Source: an uncultured Atopobium sp.
Lineage (GTDB): Bacteria > Actinomycetota > Coriobacteriia > Coriobacteriales > Atopobiaceae
DNA: 64,000 nt
Direction of reading: 5' to 3'
Assembly: GCA_963535155.1 (NCBI GenBank)
Contig: CAUSVW010000006.1
Span: 3,847 to 67,846 of the forward strand
Part shown: positions 36,101 to 45,699 of the stretch, piece after piece
Numbering within the stretch: position 1 is the stretch's first letter
Layout: the number at the start of each line of letters is the position of its first letter
The notes under the pieces: generated by a model
What the model saw: only the letters and a program-made list of their open reading frames with translations
What the model was told of the DNA's origin: nothing
The model's database searches: none
Made by a program: the position numbers and the translations under genes

Positions 36101-36975
36101 ACCTGCTTGTCACGAATACCGCGAGTAACTGTTGCCTTATAAGGCTCAGTACCATAACCATCAATACGAACAGTAGATGTATCTGAGCTGGTCCAAGTAA
36201 CCTTAGACCATGAAAGCTGGCTCCCATCAGCAGAAACAAGCTTATGTGGAAGGGTAAAGTCTGAAGTTACCGAAGACTCATTTTGTCCTGCAGCATATGA
36301 TGGCGAAAGATTTTGAGATACGTCAGCAAGCTGTGCCTGAGATTTTGCCTCATCCCAAGGAATTAAAACATTGCAGGTATATTGGACGGTCTTTCCATCC
36401 TTGGAAAGTTCAAAGGTAACTTTTGCCTGGCGAAGAATAAGAGTGCTTCTCTGATTAGTAAAGCCAGCGGCGTCCATCCAGAAGTACTCAATAGAACCAT
36501 TAGTTGCAAAATCAGTAGAAATGCCTGCGTGAGCATATGAGGCTGTCGAAGACATCTGAACAGATGCCACTCTAACGTTAACCTCTCCAGCACCAATGCG
36601 ACGCAGTTCTTCTGCAACCATTGTGTTGAGGTTAGTATCTACACCATAGCGAGGTTTTGGCTTATAGAAGGAATTAGTCAGAGTTTCTACTGCCTGGTCC
36701 AGCGTTTTGTGTGGATAGCCAGTCTCATTTGTGGTTGCTGCAACGCCAGGGCCTGTCTCTTCAGAGGTTGTGGTTGCACCAGTTGTAGCTTCTACCGTAC
36801 CAGAAGCAGCTTCCGTACCAGAAGCGTTGTCCTGAGCAGTAAGAGCATTCTCTGCTGAGGAGGTTGCAGTAGCAGTAGTGGTCAACTCCCCCGCTGCTTC
36901 TGCGAATGCAGGAGCTGGTAAGAGCGCAAGCACTAAAAGTATGGAGAAAAGGCTATTGAGCGCCTTTTTAAACAT
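33169..36975 (-). CDS. Large cell-surface protein: Ig-like repeats, DUF4430 domain, PQQ-like beta-propeller, C-terminal TM anchor
   Basis: Signal peptide (PAFA), YLSSITS..WWQFFVNG DUF4430 segment, AVDAATG/AVDATTG..W propeller blades. Confidence 0.75.
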   Translation of the reverse strand: MFKKALNSLFSILLVLALLPAPAFAEAAGELTTTATATSSAENALTAQDNASGTEAASGTVEATTGATTTSEETGPGVAATTNETGYPHKTLDQAVETLTNSFYKPKPRYGVDTNLNTMVAEELRRIGAGEVNVRVASVQMSSTASYAHAGISTDFATNGSIEYFWMDAAGFTNQRSTLILRQAKVTFELSKDGKTVQYTCNVLIPWDEAKSQAQLADVSQNLSPSYAAGQNESSVTSDFTLPHKLVSADGSQLSWSKVTWTSSDTSTVRIDGYGTEPYKATVTRGIRDKQVTLTANVSLSSSDAPQTNYQKTFTITVPGDPSAITDAQNNLLRRINRRFSASSIKGVYTNHSINAQAVTDDLQMPTPKNFGLDGKRYQFTYTSSNAAITFNGYRGTVYQPLPSASAQQVDITLTVTDKENPEVSVSKTLTVTVSPLNQADIDAELALMNESKAHFWDALATPSGQQNKKDSVSESLATPNKFYRAADGSLTWSYDVNNTDKTASGIVPSEFPTYDPMGPADQARTYSSSQPTIIQNENLVLAQTPEYNTSVTVSALLSSARYSRYASLYPDNEQFQALTNQKVSATFTVAGEKGARPVEEDPDPSQLVSVTLSVVGLDKDGKPQHWAPTQTIEVRKGTTADKVTYDYLKNNGLTYDAAGGYLSSITSPSQGLTLATAQVDGAYKWWQFFVNGQLSDKMANNVTLDENTTITWTYGGQDNSIPTPQNELVINPFAEHPNYEASWSGFGSGNSSTTTQSTPINSAALRWSVTEGTQNTPGFVSDQVIVHDTVYYVSGSTLKAVDAATGNLIAEAQIGSKVSYFARPLYINGMIVVATDDGCLTAFSATTMECIWKTEPLDTTNALQSVSSLTVNNGTILAEFTKMSGFDAAGGYMVAVDATTGALRWKQNAQPANIPGATSGQPSGYYWSGAAASGSDFMIGDESSSVRLISGTTGAIEAELNLGSPIRAGIVPVSVDQNGNGTYLAVTRNDGTLHLIRRNGSSLVEEKQVKFAAESTSTPTISGSNVFVNGVDAEGYGTISVISLDTFTVIDQARAGKGKSQSTPLVSVQQNGTYAYFTVNGLPGGVWVYKLGTSRAAQIYTPDKDHQNYTTSSVIADFEGNLYYTNDSGTLFSLINQKPSGENIQPSGDIFSRTDSTATNAPAQDPSSPAAHETSSTTAASAGEEVTKAPSENKTADTNSDEKQLPPTEYSNKQAAAPQQVSSAPTIPLLSVFGFFASGAVLAVFVVLLKKETAAIHHVSNGRGQVR

Positions 36976-36979
36976 GCTT

Positions 36980-37795
36980 CTAATTCCTTCCAACTTGTGG
37001 TGAGTTTAGCCTTCTTGCCATAACAAGCACCACGATTCCAAGTACAACTAAAGGCAGACTGAGTAGCTGTCCCATGGTAATAAAGCTGCCAAAGAGATAG
37101 CCAAGCTGCTCGTCAGGAACACGAACAAATTCCACGACAAACCTAAAAATGCCATAGAGCATCAAAAACGTTCCAATGAACGTTCCTTGTGGACGAGGAG
37201 GATACTTCCTAGAAAGGACGTACAAAATGACAAACATCACAAGACCCTCGAGAAGTGCTTCGTAGAGCTGAGAAGGGTGACGGTAGACCGCTCCTCCTGT
37301 CTCAAACATTACTCCCCAAGGCAGATCTGTGGGCTTTCCCCAAAGCTCACCGTTGATAAAGTTTGCGCAGCGTCCAAAGAAAAGACCAAGCGGCGCACCA
37401 ATAACTCCCAGGTCACAGATGGTAGGGATAGAGAGGCCCGATGCCTTACAGACAATAGAGCCGCCCACAACAGCGCCTACAAGGCCACCGTGGAAGCTCA
37501 TGCCACCTTGACTTAAAGCAAATGCATCAAGTGGATGAGTCACGTAATAACCAGCGCCGTAGAAAATAACGTAGAACAGACGAGCACCAACAATAACGCC
37601 AAACGAGATGCCAACCATCAAATTAAGTACGTCATCAAGGGTAACGTTAAGTTTCCAGCGCTGAGCAGTTCTATACATAACTACGCCAGCAAGCACAAAG
37701 CCTACAAGATATGCCAGACCATACCATCTGATAGACAGCGGACCCAGAGAAAGTGCTACTGGGTTTAATGAATGATAAAAAGCATCAAGCCACAC
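36980..37795 (-). CDS. lgt: Prolipoprotein diacylglyceryl transferase
   Basis: IRWYGLAY, GGMSFHGG, GRCANFINGELWG, HPSQLYE. Confidence 0.96.
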   Translation of the reverse strand: MWLDAFYHSLNPVALSLGPLSIRWYGLAYLVGFVLAGVVMYRTAQRWKLNVTLDDVLNLMVGISFGVIVGARLFYVIFYGAGYYVTHPLDAFALSQGGMSFHGGLVGAVVGGSIVCKASGLSIPTICDLGVIGAPLGLFFGRCANFINGELWGKPTDLPWGVMFETGGAVYRHPSQLYEALLEGLVMFVILYVLSRKYPPRPQGTFIGTFLMLYGIFRFVVEFVRVPDEQLGYLFGSFITMGQLLSLPLVVLGIVVLVMARRLNSPQVGRN

Positions 37796-37816
37796 AATAC
37801 GTCCTACTTACTAAAA

Positions 37817-38374
37817 CTACTTTGAAAGAACATGCGAAGGAGTTGCACCACGCTGACCCTGATAATGGCTACCAAGATCTTCGCAGCCATAAGGACGCTC
37901 AACAGGGGAACTCATACGCTCAAAGGAAAGCTGACCAATCCTCATGCCAGGGTGCAAAATGATTGGAAGGTTAGCAACATTAGAAAGCTCCAGTGTGAGC
38001 TCTCCGTCCCAGCCTGGATCAACATAGCCTGCAGTTGAGTGAATCATAAGACCCAGGCGTCCCAGGGTGGACTTACCTTCAAGCTTGCCAAGAATATCGT
38101 CAGGAATAGCAATGCGCTCAAGCGTAGTGCCAAGCGCAAACTGACCAGGATGAAGAACAAAAACCTCTCCCTCAGGAACATCAATTGACTCAGTAAGACC
38201 CTCTTGAGCTACAAGTGGATCAATTGAGGTGTGCGTAGAATTGCGGAAAATTCTAAAGTTTGAGCCAAGACATACGTCAACCGATGCAGGCTGCACATTT
38301 TTCTCGCATAAAGGCTCAATAACGATACGACCAGCAGCAATCTCGGCTTTAATGTCGCAATCAGAAAGAACCAC
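37817..38374 (-). CDS. dcd: dCTP deaminase
   Basis: VQPASVDV, EGKSTLGRLG, TAGYVDPGW.G.LTLE, YQGQ; GTG start after AGAAAGG. Confidence 0.95.
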   Translation of the reverse strand: MVLSDCDIKAEIAAGRIVIEPLCEKNVQPASVDVCLGSNFRIFRNSTHTSIDPLVAQEGLTESIDVPEGEVFVLHPGQFALGTTLERIAIPDDILGKLEGKSTLGRLGLMIHSTAGYVDPGWDGELTLELSNVANLPIILHPGMRIGQLSFERMSSPVERPYGCEDLGSHYQGQRGATPSHVLSK

Positions 38375-38442
38375 AACGTCCACCTTTCTTACGTCATACA
38401 AATGTATGGTCAGAAAAACTAATTATCCGTTTATATAAAATA

Positions 38443-38477
38443 TCACGCCCTACGCAATAATGTGCGGGGCGTGATAT
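38443..38477 (-). terminator. Probable terminator after the NifU-C gene
   Basis: ATCACGCCC...GGGCGTGAT stem followed by AUUUU on the minus strand. Confidence 0.65.
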
Positions 38478-38604
38478 ATAAATTTTGTAAATATGCAGGT
38501 CAATTATGGTTCACCACAACTTCTCTGCATAAAAAACACGTTTATGCGCATGAAGCTCACAACCGATAAGCGCCAAACGTTCACTTTTGACGCCGGGCGA
38601 TAAC

Positions 38605-38841
38605 TTACAGCATTGCAGGCTGAACGCGCTTTACACCAGGAACGTGCTCAATCAGGATGCGCTCAATACCCTCAGACATGTCGTATGCAGACATTGGGCA
38701 GCCAGCGCAAGAACCAGTCATCTCAAGGGTAACGGTGCCGTCATCGCTTACATCAATAAGCTCAACGTCGCCGCCATCGGTCTGAAGGCTCTGGCGAATA
38801 ACATCAAGGGTTGCATTCAAAAGGTCACGATTAATGGCCAT
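38605..38841 (-). CDS. NifU C-terminal/Nfu-type Fe-S carrier
   Basis: IRQSLQTDGGDVEL..GSCAGCPMS. Confidence 0.92.
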   Translation of the reverse strand: MAINRDLLNATLDVIRQSLQTDGGDVELIDVSDDGTVTLEMTGSCAGCPMSAYDMSEGIERILIEHVPGVKRVQPAML

Positions 38842-38930
38842 GTTTGCTCCTATTCAAACTCTTCAAGCGCGGATGCGCCCATAACTTACAACATGGGTAT
38901 CCTACCCAAAATTCCAAACTTATTTCTCGC

Positions 38931-41561
38931 CTATCCAATTGGCGAGAAAAGATGTCCAACTGAAGCATCTTTGAGACGTGCAGGCAATGATGCACCCGAC
39001 GCTGTTGCCGCAATCGCTGCAGCTACGCGAGAGGTAGCCTCTCTTGTCTGCTCCGTGCTCAGAAGCGTTGCGTCCACCATAAAACGCTTCACACCACAAG
39101 ACAACATCTCGGCCATCTCTGGCACGCCGTCAAAGAGCTTAGGGCTCCAAATCTTGGAGCGACCATGTCTGTCAGTCCTTACGGGCATGTAATCGTTGTC
39201 AATGCCTCTGAGCGTGTGCTCCTCAAGACGAAGTTTGCAGGCATCACAATCGTGGATGCACTTGCCCGTAGACATCAAAATACAGTGCTCAGTAGTCATG
39301 GTACGAATACGGCCACTGACCATATAACCCACAGAAATCGAGGCATTTCTCGCCAGGTGGCAAATCTCTTGGAGAGTCAGCTCGGAGTTGAGCCAAACGC
39401 CTTCTGCCCCCATGTCAGCCAGCGCCTGCAGGGAGTAGTCATTATGGACCGGAATGCACTCGCGCACCTCTGGAGTAGCTCCGCGCTCAACAGCCAGCGC
39501 CAGCTCGGAGATGTTGCCCACGACAACCGTCCTACCTGCAGCAACGTACGGGTCCAGGCGATTGTGGTCAATCTCGCGACATACCTCATCAAGCCATGGC
39601 GACACCTTGGCGAGAAGATCCTCTGGCCACGAAGTCTCTGCGAGGGCATCGGCTGTTGCGTACAGACGATCTGCTCCTGCCTTGAGCGCAACGCGTGCCT
39701 GCTCGGGAGTCTCAACCAGAACACATACCTCTGCCTGCGACGCATTTGTTTTTGCAGCAGCCTCATCAAAGGCAAAAAGCTTCTCTTTGTCCTGGGCTTC
39801 TCGCTCCTTTTGATAGGCAAGACGGGAAAGCGGAGCAATCTTCTGCTCGCGGTCCTGGTACTCCTCCAGAAGCGCGGCCTCCAGCTGCTCACATGCTGCA
39901 GCGCGGACCTTGTGAACGGCACTAAAGCTCATACCGCACGCATCGTCCATCTGGACGTCAAAGCTTACGGCCTCAAACGGCGAGGTTCCCATACGTCCAA
40001 CGTGCTCAATAAGCTCGTCAGAGGTTACCGCCTTGGTGCGTGCCTCCTCCACCACAAAGCCCTCGGCAGACGCGCTTGCCACACCGTCTGCAGTAGTAAG
40101 CACCACAGTAAAGGGCTGGCCAATGCGGGCAATAATAGCCACGTCAACGGCACGTTTGCGAGGATACTCTAGCGAAGAAATCTGCTCAGCTGCCACGCGT
40201 GCTGCCTCAGAGCGAATAATGCGCACCGTGGAGCCAGTCTGCATAACGCGAGAAGTGCGGACGGTGACCGTCTGACCAGGCTCAACGTCAACAGGACAAA
40301 GAGCAGTCAGGAACTTGTCAGGCTCATCCAAGGGCCTAATTTCTAGCAAGTCGTTCTTGCCAATGGGAGCGTGAGCAATAAGGTCAACATCTGCTTGCTT
40401 GTAGCGGCGCAGCTTAACACGGCCACCATTGAGGCCACTCTTGCGCTCAAGAGCATCTTCAAGTGGACGTCCTCCGGTAACCTCACCAACAATCTCTCCA
40501 CGGTTGTTGGAGCGCTCATAGCTCATCATCTCGTTGCCAGCGGTGCCATGCAGGTACGCATTAGTTAAACCGCGGTTAAATGAGCGTTTAAGCAAGCGGT
40601 GGCGGCGAGCCACATCAGCTTGGTTGTCCACGCCCTTCTCGGCAGCGTCAATTGCCTGACGATACGAAGACACTACCGAGTACACGTACTCGGGAGCCTT
40701 CATGCGGCCTTCAATCTTGAGCGAGCCAACGCCCGCCTCAATCATGTCGGGCACATCATCAATAGTGCAATAATCCTTGGGACAAAGCAGCCTATCAATG
40801 CCGCCCATCGAAACAACTTCGTGCTTAGAATTGAGCAGCTCATATGGCAGGCGGCACGGCTGAGCACAGGCTCCACGGTTTGCAGAGCGGTCTCCTCGCA
40901 TAGACGACATGTGGCAGATGCCCGAATAGCAGAAGCACAAGGCGCCGTGACCAAAACACTCCAGCTCAACGCCAAGCTTGGAAATGGTAGAAATCTCTTC
41001 TTTCGTAAGCTCTCTGGACAACGTAACACGACCCACACCAAGCTTTTTGCAGGTAGCAACACCGCGCGTATCGTGGATATTTGCCTGCGTTGATACGTGG
41101 CATTCAATCTCTGGCCAGGTCTTTCTTACCTGAGCCATAAGACCCCAGTCCTGAATGATAAAGGCATCTGCACCAAGAACCCACGCACGGCGAATCAAGC
41201 GCAGCACCCGCTGCATCTCGTCCCACTTAACAACAACGTTCACGGTGACGTATACGCGAGCGCCAGCTAGATGAGCCTGTCTGCACGCACGCGCAAACGA
41301 CTCGTCGTCAAAGTTGTCCGCACCGCGGCGGGCGTTGAAGTTGTTGCCCAAGCCGCAGTAAATAGCATCTGCACCACCAGCAAGAGCTGCGGTAAATGGA
41401 GCAGGACCTCCCGCTGGGGCGAGAAGTTCCATCTGGGTTGCACGAGGGAGCGGCGAAGACGAAAGTTCTTTATCAGAAGCTTCCTCTGTCCACTCTGGCT
41501 CGTTCATGCGATTAAGCTCGTGAGCTGTGGATTCTCGCTCACGACGATTACGTTCGTTCAT
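38931..41561 (-). CDS. U32 family protein with DUF3656 (RlhA-like rRNA hydroxylase)
   Basis: ELLAPAG, HVSTQ, HGALCFCYSGICHMS, NRGACAQPCR, LKIEGR; long C-terminal extension. Confidence 0.88.
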   Translation of the reverse strand: MNERNRRERESTAHELNRMNEPEWTEEASDKELSSSPLPRATQMELLAPAGGPAPFTAALAGGADAIYCGLGNNFNARRGADNFDDESFARACRQAHLAGARVYVTVNVVVKWDEMQRVLRLIRRAWVLGADAFIIQDWGLMAQVRKTWPEIECHVSTQANIHDTRGVATCKKLGVGRVTLSRELTKEEISTISKLGVELECFGHGALCFCYSGICHMSSMRGDRSANRGACAQPCRLPYELLNSKHEVVSMGGIDRLLCPKDYCTIDDVPDMIEAGVGSLKIEGRMKAPEYVYSVVSSYRQAIDAAEKGVDNQADVARRHRLLKRSFNRGLTNAYLHGTAGNEMMSYERSNNRGEIVGEVTGGRPLEDALERKSGLNGGRVKLRRYKQADVDLIAHAPIGKNDLLEIRPLDEPDKFLTALCPVDVEPGQTVTVRTSRVMQTGSTVRIIRSEAARVAAEQISSLEYPRKRAVDVAIIARIGQPFTVVLTTADGVASASAEGFVVEEARTKAVTSDELIEHVGRMGTSPFEAVSFDVQMDDACGMSFSAVHKVRAAACEQLEAALLEEYQDREQKIAPLSRLAYQKEREAQDKEKLFAFDEAAAKTNASQAEVCVLVETPEQARVALKAGADRLYATADALAETSWPEDLLAKVSPWLDEVCREIDHNRLDPYVAAGRTVVVGNISELALAVERGATPEVRECIPVHNDYSLQALADMGAEGVWLNSELTLQEICHLARNASISVGYMVSGRIRTMTTEHCILMSTGKCIHDCDACKLRLEEHTLRGIDNDYMPVRTDRHGRSKIWSPKLFDGVPEMAEMLSCGVKRFMVDATLLSTEQTREATSRVAAAIAATASGASLPARLKDASVGHLFSPIG

Positions 41562-41587
41562 ACTACCTAACTTGCCTTCAGCGCTTG

Positions 41588-42193
41588 TTACTTCTTAAGT
41601 GAAGAAAGTGCTGGATGAATCTTGTCTTTATCGGAAAGAATAACCTTTGCAGGATCTAAGGTTTTCTCGCCAAGAAACGCTGGCCACTCAACGCCAAGCT
41701 CTGGATCGTTCCACATAATGCCGCCCTCATCACCTGGGTGATAGATGTCGTCACACTTGTAGCAGAACTCTGCAGTCTCGGAGAGTACCAAGAAACCGTG
41801 GGCAAAGCCGCGAGGAACAAAGAACTGTCTGCGATTCTCCGCGGACAAAACAACGCCTTCCCACTGACCCCAGGTTGGACTTCCCTCTCGCAGGTCAACC
41901 GCAACGTCAAAAACAGTGCCGGAGATTACGCGCACAAGCTTTGCCTGCGGATGCTCAATCTGGAAATGAAGACCGCGGAGCACACCTTGAACGGATGAGG
42001 ACTGATTGTCCTGCACAAATGAAGCCTCAATGCCGCCGGCAACAAAGTTTTCTTCACGGTAGGTCTCCATAAAGCCACCACGAGCATCACCGTACAGCTT
42101 TACGTCCACAACCTTTACACCTTCAATCGAGGTGTCATAAAACGTAAAATTGCCCGATTGAGTAGGGTTTTTAAGCTCTTTTGGAAACTCCAT
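41588..42193 (-). CDS. rfbC: dTDP-4-dehydrorhamnose 3,5-epimerase
   Basis: DARGGFME, VLRGLHFQ, FAHGF. Confidence 0.96.
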   Translation of the reverse strand: MEFPKELKNPTQSGNFTFYDTSIEGVKVVDVKLYGDARGGFMETYREENFVAGGIEASFVQDNQSSSVQGVLRGLHFQIEHPQAKLVRVISGTVFDVAVDLREGSPTWGQWEGVVLSAENRRQFFVPRGFAHGFLVLSETAEFCYKCDDIYHPGDEGGIMWNDPELGVEWPAFLGEKTLDPAKVILSDKDKIHPALSSLKK

Positions 42194-42310
42194 AGCGTTC
42201 ACCTTTCAATTTCTTTAGGTAATCTACTATATACGAGTCAAGATTAATACATCTTTTGAGCTATGATATTCATGCAGTTAACGTGTAAATCTGTAATTCA
42301 AAGGATGCTC

Positions 42311-42991
42311 GTGAGAATTCTTGCAGTCGTTCCCGCTTATAACGAAGAAGCCTGCATTGCTTCAACTATTACAGAGCTGCGCCAGGTAGCCCCGCAGATT
42401 GATTACATCATAATCAACGACGGCTCATCTGATCGCACGCTAGATATCTGTAAAGAACGCGGATTTAACTACCTCAATCTTCCTGTTAACGGAGGCCTTT
42501 CTGCAGGCTTTAGGGCTGGTATGCGCTACGCCAAAGAACATGGTTATGACGCTGTGGTGCAGTTTGACTCCGATGGCCAGCACAGGCCTGAGTACATTGC
42601 TCCTATGGCTCAAGCAATGGTAAACGAGGGGGCAAACATTGTTATTGCTTCTCGTTTTGTCACTAAAGCTCGCGGAAATTCTCCCCGAGAGATTGGCTCC
42701 AAGCTTATTTCTTGGCTTATCAAAACAAGTACTGGTCAGACTATCACTGACCCTACGTCAGGCATGCGTATGTACGACCGCGGCCTCATTGAGACGTATG
42801 CGCGCTCCTTTGACTTCTCCCCCGAGCCAGACACTATCTCGTTGCTGATGCGCCGCGGTGCAAAGGTTGTCGAGATTGAAACTGAAATGCGTGAGCGTCA
42901 AGGTGGCGAGTCCTACTTGAGCTTCTATAACTCAATTATGTACATGGCTCGCACGTGCCTCTCGCTTTTGCTCTTCCAGTGGTTTAGATAA
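42311..42991 (+). CDS. GT2 glycosyltransferase (polyprenol-phosphate sugar synthase type)
   Basis: VPAYNEE, INDGSSD, QFDSDGQH, TDPTSG; paired with a DUF2304 gene. Confidence 0.9.
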   Translation: MRILAVVPAYNEEACIASTITELRQVAPQIDYIIINDGSSDRTLDICKERGFNYLNLPVNGGLSAGFRAGMRYAKEHGYDAVVQFDSDGQHRPEYIAPMAQAMVNEGANIVIASRFVTKARGNSPREIGSKLISWLIKTSTGQTITDPTSGMRMYDRGLIETYARSFDFSPEPDTISLLMRRGAKVVEIETEMRERQGGESYLSFYNSIMYMARTCLSLLLFQWFR

Positions 42992-43000
42992 GGTGACACC

Positions 43001-43387
43001 ATGACTTTAGTTCTGAGAATTCTGCTGCTTATTGGTGCTCTTTTTGCCATGGGCATTGTTATTAATAGCGTTCGTAAATCAAAGATTCGCATCTCCGACT
43101 CTGTGTATTGGGTTGTTTCCGCAGGAATCCTTGTTTTGTTTGCGCTTATTCCCCAGCTTGCGTATTTCTTTGCTGGACTTTTTGGCTTTATGAGCCCTGC
43201 AAACTTTGTCTTGCTGCTGGTTATTGTGATGATCTTGATTAGGCTCTTCCATCAGTCTTGTGCAATCTCCAAGCTCACCTATAAGGTTGAACAGCTTTCA
43301 ACTGAGCTCGCCCTACGCGACAAAGATGCACGTGACGAGAAAAACCTTGATTTTGTAACTGATCTTAACCAGCGTACGCGCGTGTAA
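43001..43387 (+). CDS. DUF2304 membrane protein
   Basis: Three TM helices, IPQLAYFFAGLFGFMSPANF, C-terminal coiled coil LSTELAL. Confidence 0.85.
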   Translation: MTLVLRILLLIGALFAMGIVINSVRKSKIRISDSVYWVVSAGILVLFALIPQLAYFFAGLFGFMSPANFVLLLVIVMILIRLFHQSCAISKLTYKVEQLSTELALRDKDARDEKNLDFVTDLNQRTRV

Positions 43388-43447
43388 ACGACGCGTCGAT
43401 CCTCTGGCAGCATGCTCATCTACCTGTGCTTTATTTAAAAAGTCCGC

Positions 43448-44698
43448 CTATGCAGCGGACTTTTTCTTTTGATCTTTAAATCCCAAGAAGCAGAAGATGC
43501 CAAATACCAGAGCGAGAATTGCAAGCGAGGCATCATAGAGCACACATGCTCCCATAATGCCAAAGTTGCCTACAAACCATCCTCCTGTAAGCGCAGCAAA
43601 ACCTGCACCTGCGGCGTAGCTCACAAACACGGCAACCTGCTTACGCATGGTTACTACGGCGTAGTACAAAATGACCGTGAGCGCATTGAGCAGGCCTCCA
43701 AAAAGCAACATCAAAAGCTCCAGCTTATACGGTTCAAAATCAAGACCATAGAGAAGTCCAAGAACTGGAGCGCCTAGCGGCCAAGCCAGCGTCATAGAAA
43801 CAACAGTAGCTAAAGCAACTACGGCAAAACCCTTAAGAATCAGGCCCACAAACTGCTTGTCTTGCTGATTATTCCAATATTCGGCCATCTGAGTGAGCAG
43901 TGGCTTAAAGACAAAGTTACTTAAAAGATTGATAACCATGGCTGGCATGGCCAATGCCGTAAAGAACGTAAGAAGCGCCTGATCGCTCAAAGCACCCAGT
44001 GCATAGCGAGGAGCACCAACAACGTACGTTAGCAAGAATGAACCAGCAAACAATGGTGCGGTGGTAACCAACAGCTTTGTAATTTGCTTAACGTCAAAGG
44101 TAGGCTTAAGCGTTGCCATCTTCTTGGTAGGAGGAATGACAAGCGCAATCATAACTACCAGTGATGCAACAAAAGAAAGAGCTGCGCCAACAAGCAGGTT
44201 CTTTGTAAGAAGCACACCTACTGCAAAGCCAACAACTGTTGCAAGAACACGATAAAAGAATGCTCTACCAGCAATATCCAAGCGACCATGCTGCTGGAAC
44301 ATGCCATGGAAAACATCTTCTACAACGTCAAATAAACGAAGTGAGGCAATGAGGGCGTACAGCACTCCCTCGTAACTTAATCCCTGGGACTGCAGGGTAA
44401 AGATAATGATTCCCGCAATCATCAAACCAGTTGTGATGATTCGTGCCGCAAGATACACACCAAACGAGAATACTTCTTCTGTATCGGTAACCTGATACGT
44501 CCTAATTTCAAAGTGACCAATAACCATAAGCTGCTGAGCCACAGCATACGCAAGCGAGAAAACACCACCGGCAGCAGCTCCCATGGTACGTGTAACCACC
44601 ATCAACATAAGCACTGTTGAGGCAGCGTTCATTAAAGAACCAAGCGTATTCCAAAAGTAGTTTTTCTTAAGCTGTTCCGCAGAAGTATCAATAGTCAT
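43448..44698 (-). CDS. Polysaccharide flippase-like protein
   Basis: About 12 TM segments, NYFWNTLGS, IRTYQVTD. Confidence 0.8.
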   Translation of the reverse strand: MTIDTSAEQLKKNYFWNTLGSLMNAASTVLMLMVVTRTMGAAAGGVFSLAYAVAQQLMVIGHFEIRTYQVTDTEEVFSFGVYLAARIITTGLMIAGIIIFTLQSQGLSYEGVLYALIASLRLFDVVEDVFHGMFQQHGRLDIAGRAFFYRVLATVVGFAVGVLLTKNLLVGAALSFVASLVVMIALVIPPTKKMATLKPTFDVKQITKLLVTTAPLFAGSFLLTYVVGAPRYALGALSDQALLTFFTALAMPAMVINLLSNFVFKPLLTQMAEYWNNQQDKQFVGLILKGFAVVALATVVSMTLAWPLGAPVLGLLYGLDFEPYKLELLMLLFGGLLNALTVILYYAVVTMRKQVAVFVSYAAGAGFAALTGGWFVGNFGIMGACVLYDASLAILALVFGIFCFLGFKDQKKKSAA

Positions 44699-44700
44699 AG

Positions 44701-45636
44701 TTAGCTTTTCTGACCAAAGTCTTCAAATGCCTGACGGCTTCCCTTGGTAACGTCTACATCTTTCCATTTGCCAAAATCAAGTGCACCAGGATGATGGTTT
44801 TTACGATCCTTCTCTGAAGGAAGCTGCATGTAATCCCCGTATCCCCTGGTCAAGAGTTTGTCATATTCCTTTGGAAGCGTAGTAGTAATGTCCTCAAAAG
44901 GAACGCGAACCATTGGAAATACATCCTCTTTGTCCATTGACCAGTTCTCTGGATCAGGTTCAACAAAGCTTGCGTAATGAGTGGTTTTCTCGCCCTCTGC
45001 AGCACGAGCTGCCTCATCCCAGTTACGCTGGATCAGCGCGGATGAAACCCTAAAGAGCTTCAAGGTGTGGTGAATGACAAAACATCCCGCAAGAGCAACT
45101 TTCTTTTTCCAGCCAGTCAGCGGTACGCGCGGAGTTGGAGTAACCAGCAGGAAGTTCAAGCGACCCCAGAACCATGTCTGGCGCTTAATCTTGGCAAGCT
45201 TCTTAGAATCTGCAGGAATCTTATCAAAGGGAAAAATGCCAATAGAAATAGCGTACGTAAAGGGGCAGGTCATAAACTCATCAGGAACACACACTGTTCC
45301 CTTTAAAGAAAGGTTTGTATTTACTGCAGGAAAGTAATTGTTCGTCCTGCCGTTTTGAATGCAAAAATCTGGTCGAAGAAGCGCAGGTGCTTTCTCCAAA
45401 AAAATCTCATAATCCTCGCGGAACATCGAGATATCTACGTCATCATCCCAAGGAATAAAGCCTTTGTGTCTCACAGCGCCAATGGCTGTTCCACCGTACG
45501 CCTGGTACGAAATGCCAAGCTCCGTGCAGACGCGGTCAAGCTCATCCATCAAAAGCGTAGAAAGAATCTGGATCTTTCTTAGCTCATCGGGGTTCTCGTA
45601 TGTCTTATATCCGTCAGACTCCACAAAGGCTCCCAT
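44701..45636 (-). CDS. licD: LicD family phosphotransferase
   Basis: GGTAIGAVRHKGFIPWDDDVD, YGDYMQLP. Confidence 0.92.
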   Translation of the reverse strand: MGAFVESDGYKTYENPDELRKIQILSTLLMDELDRVCTELGISYQAYGGTAIGAVRHKGFIPWDDDVDISMFREDYEIFLEKAPALLRPDFCIQNGRTNNYFPAVNTNLSLKGTVCVPDEFMTCPFTYAISIGIFPFDKIPADSKKLAKIKRQTWFWGRLNFLLVTPTPRVPLTGWKKKVALAGCFVIHHTLKLFRVSSALIQRNWDEAARAAEGEKTTHYASFVEPDPENWSMDKEDVFPMVRVPFEDITTTLPKEYDKLLTRGYGDYMQLPSEKDRKNHHPGALDFGKWKDVDVTKGSRQAFEDFGQKS

Positions 45637-45699
45637 TCGCCATCGTCCGATAACATTCTTATAATACTAGACATCGGAGCTAATCGATTGGATGTAGCA

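Noticed and set aside
36976..38600. Possible cobalamin riboswitch for the ECF/DUF4430 operon
   Set aside because: No intergenic space after lgt and no B12-box recognised upstream of dcd
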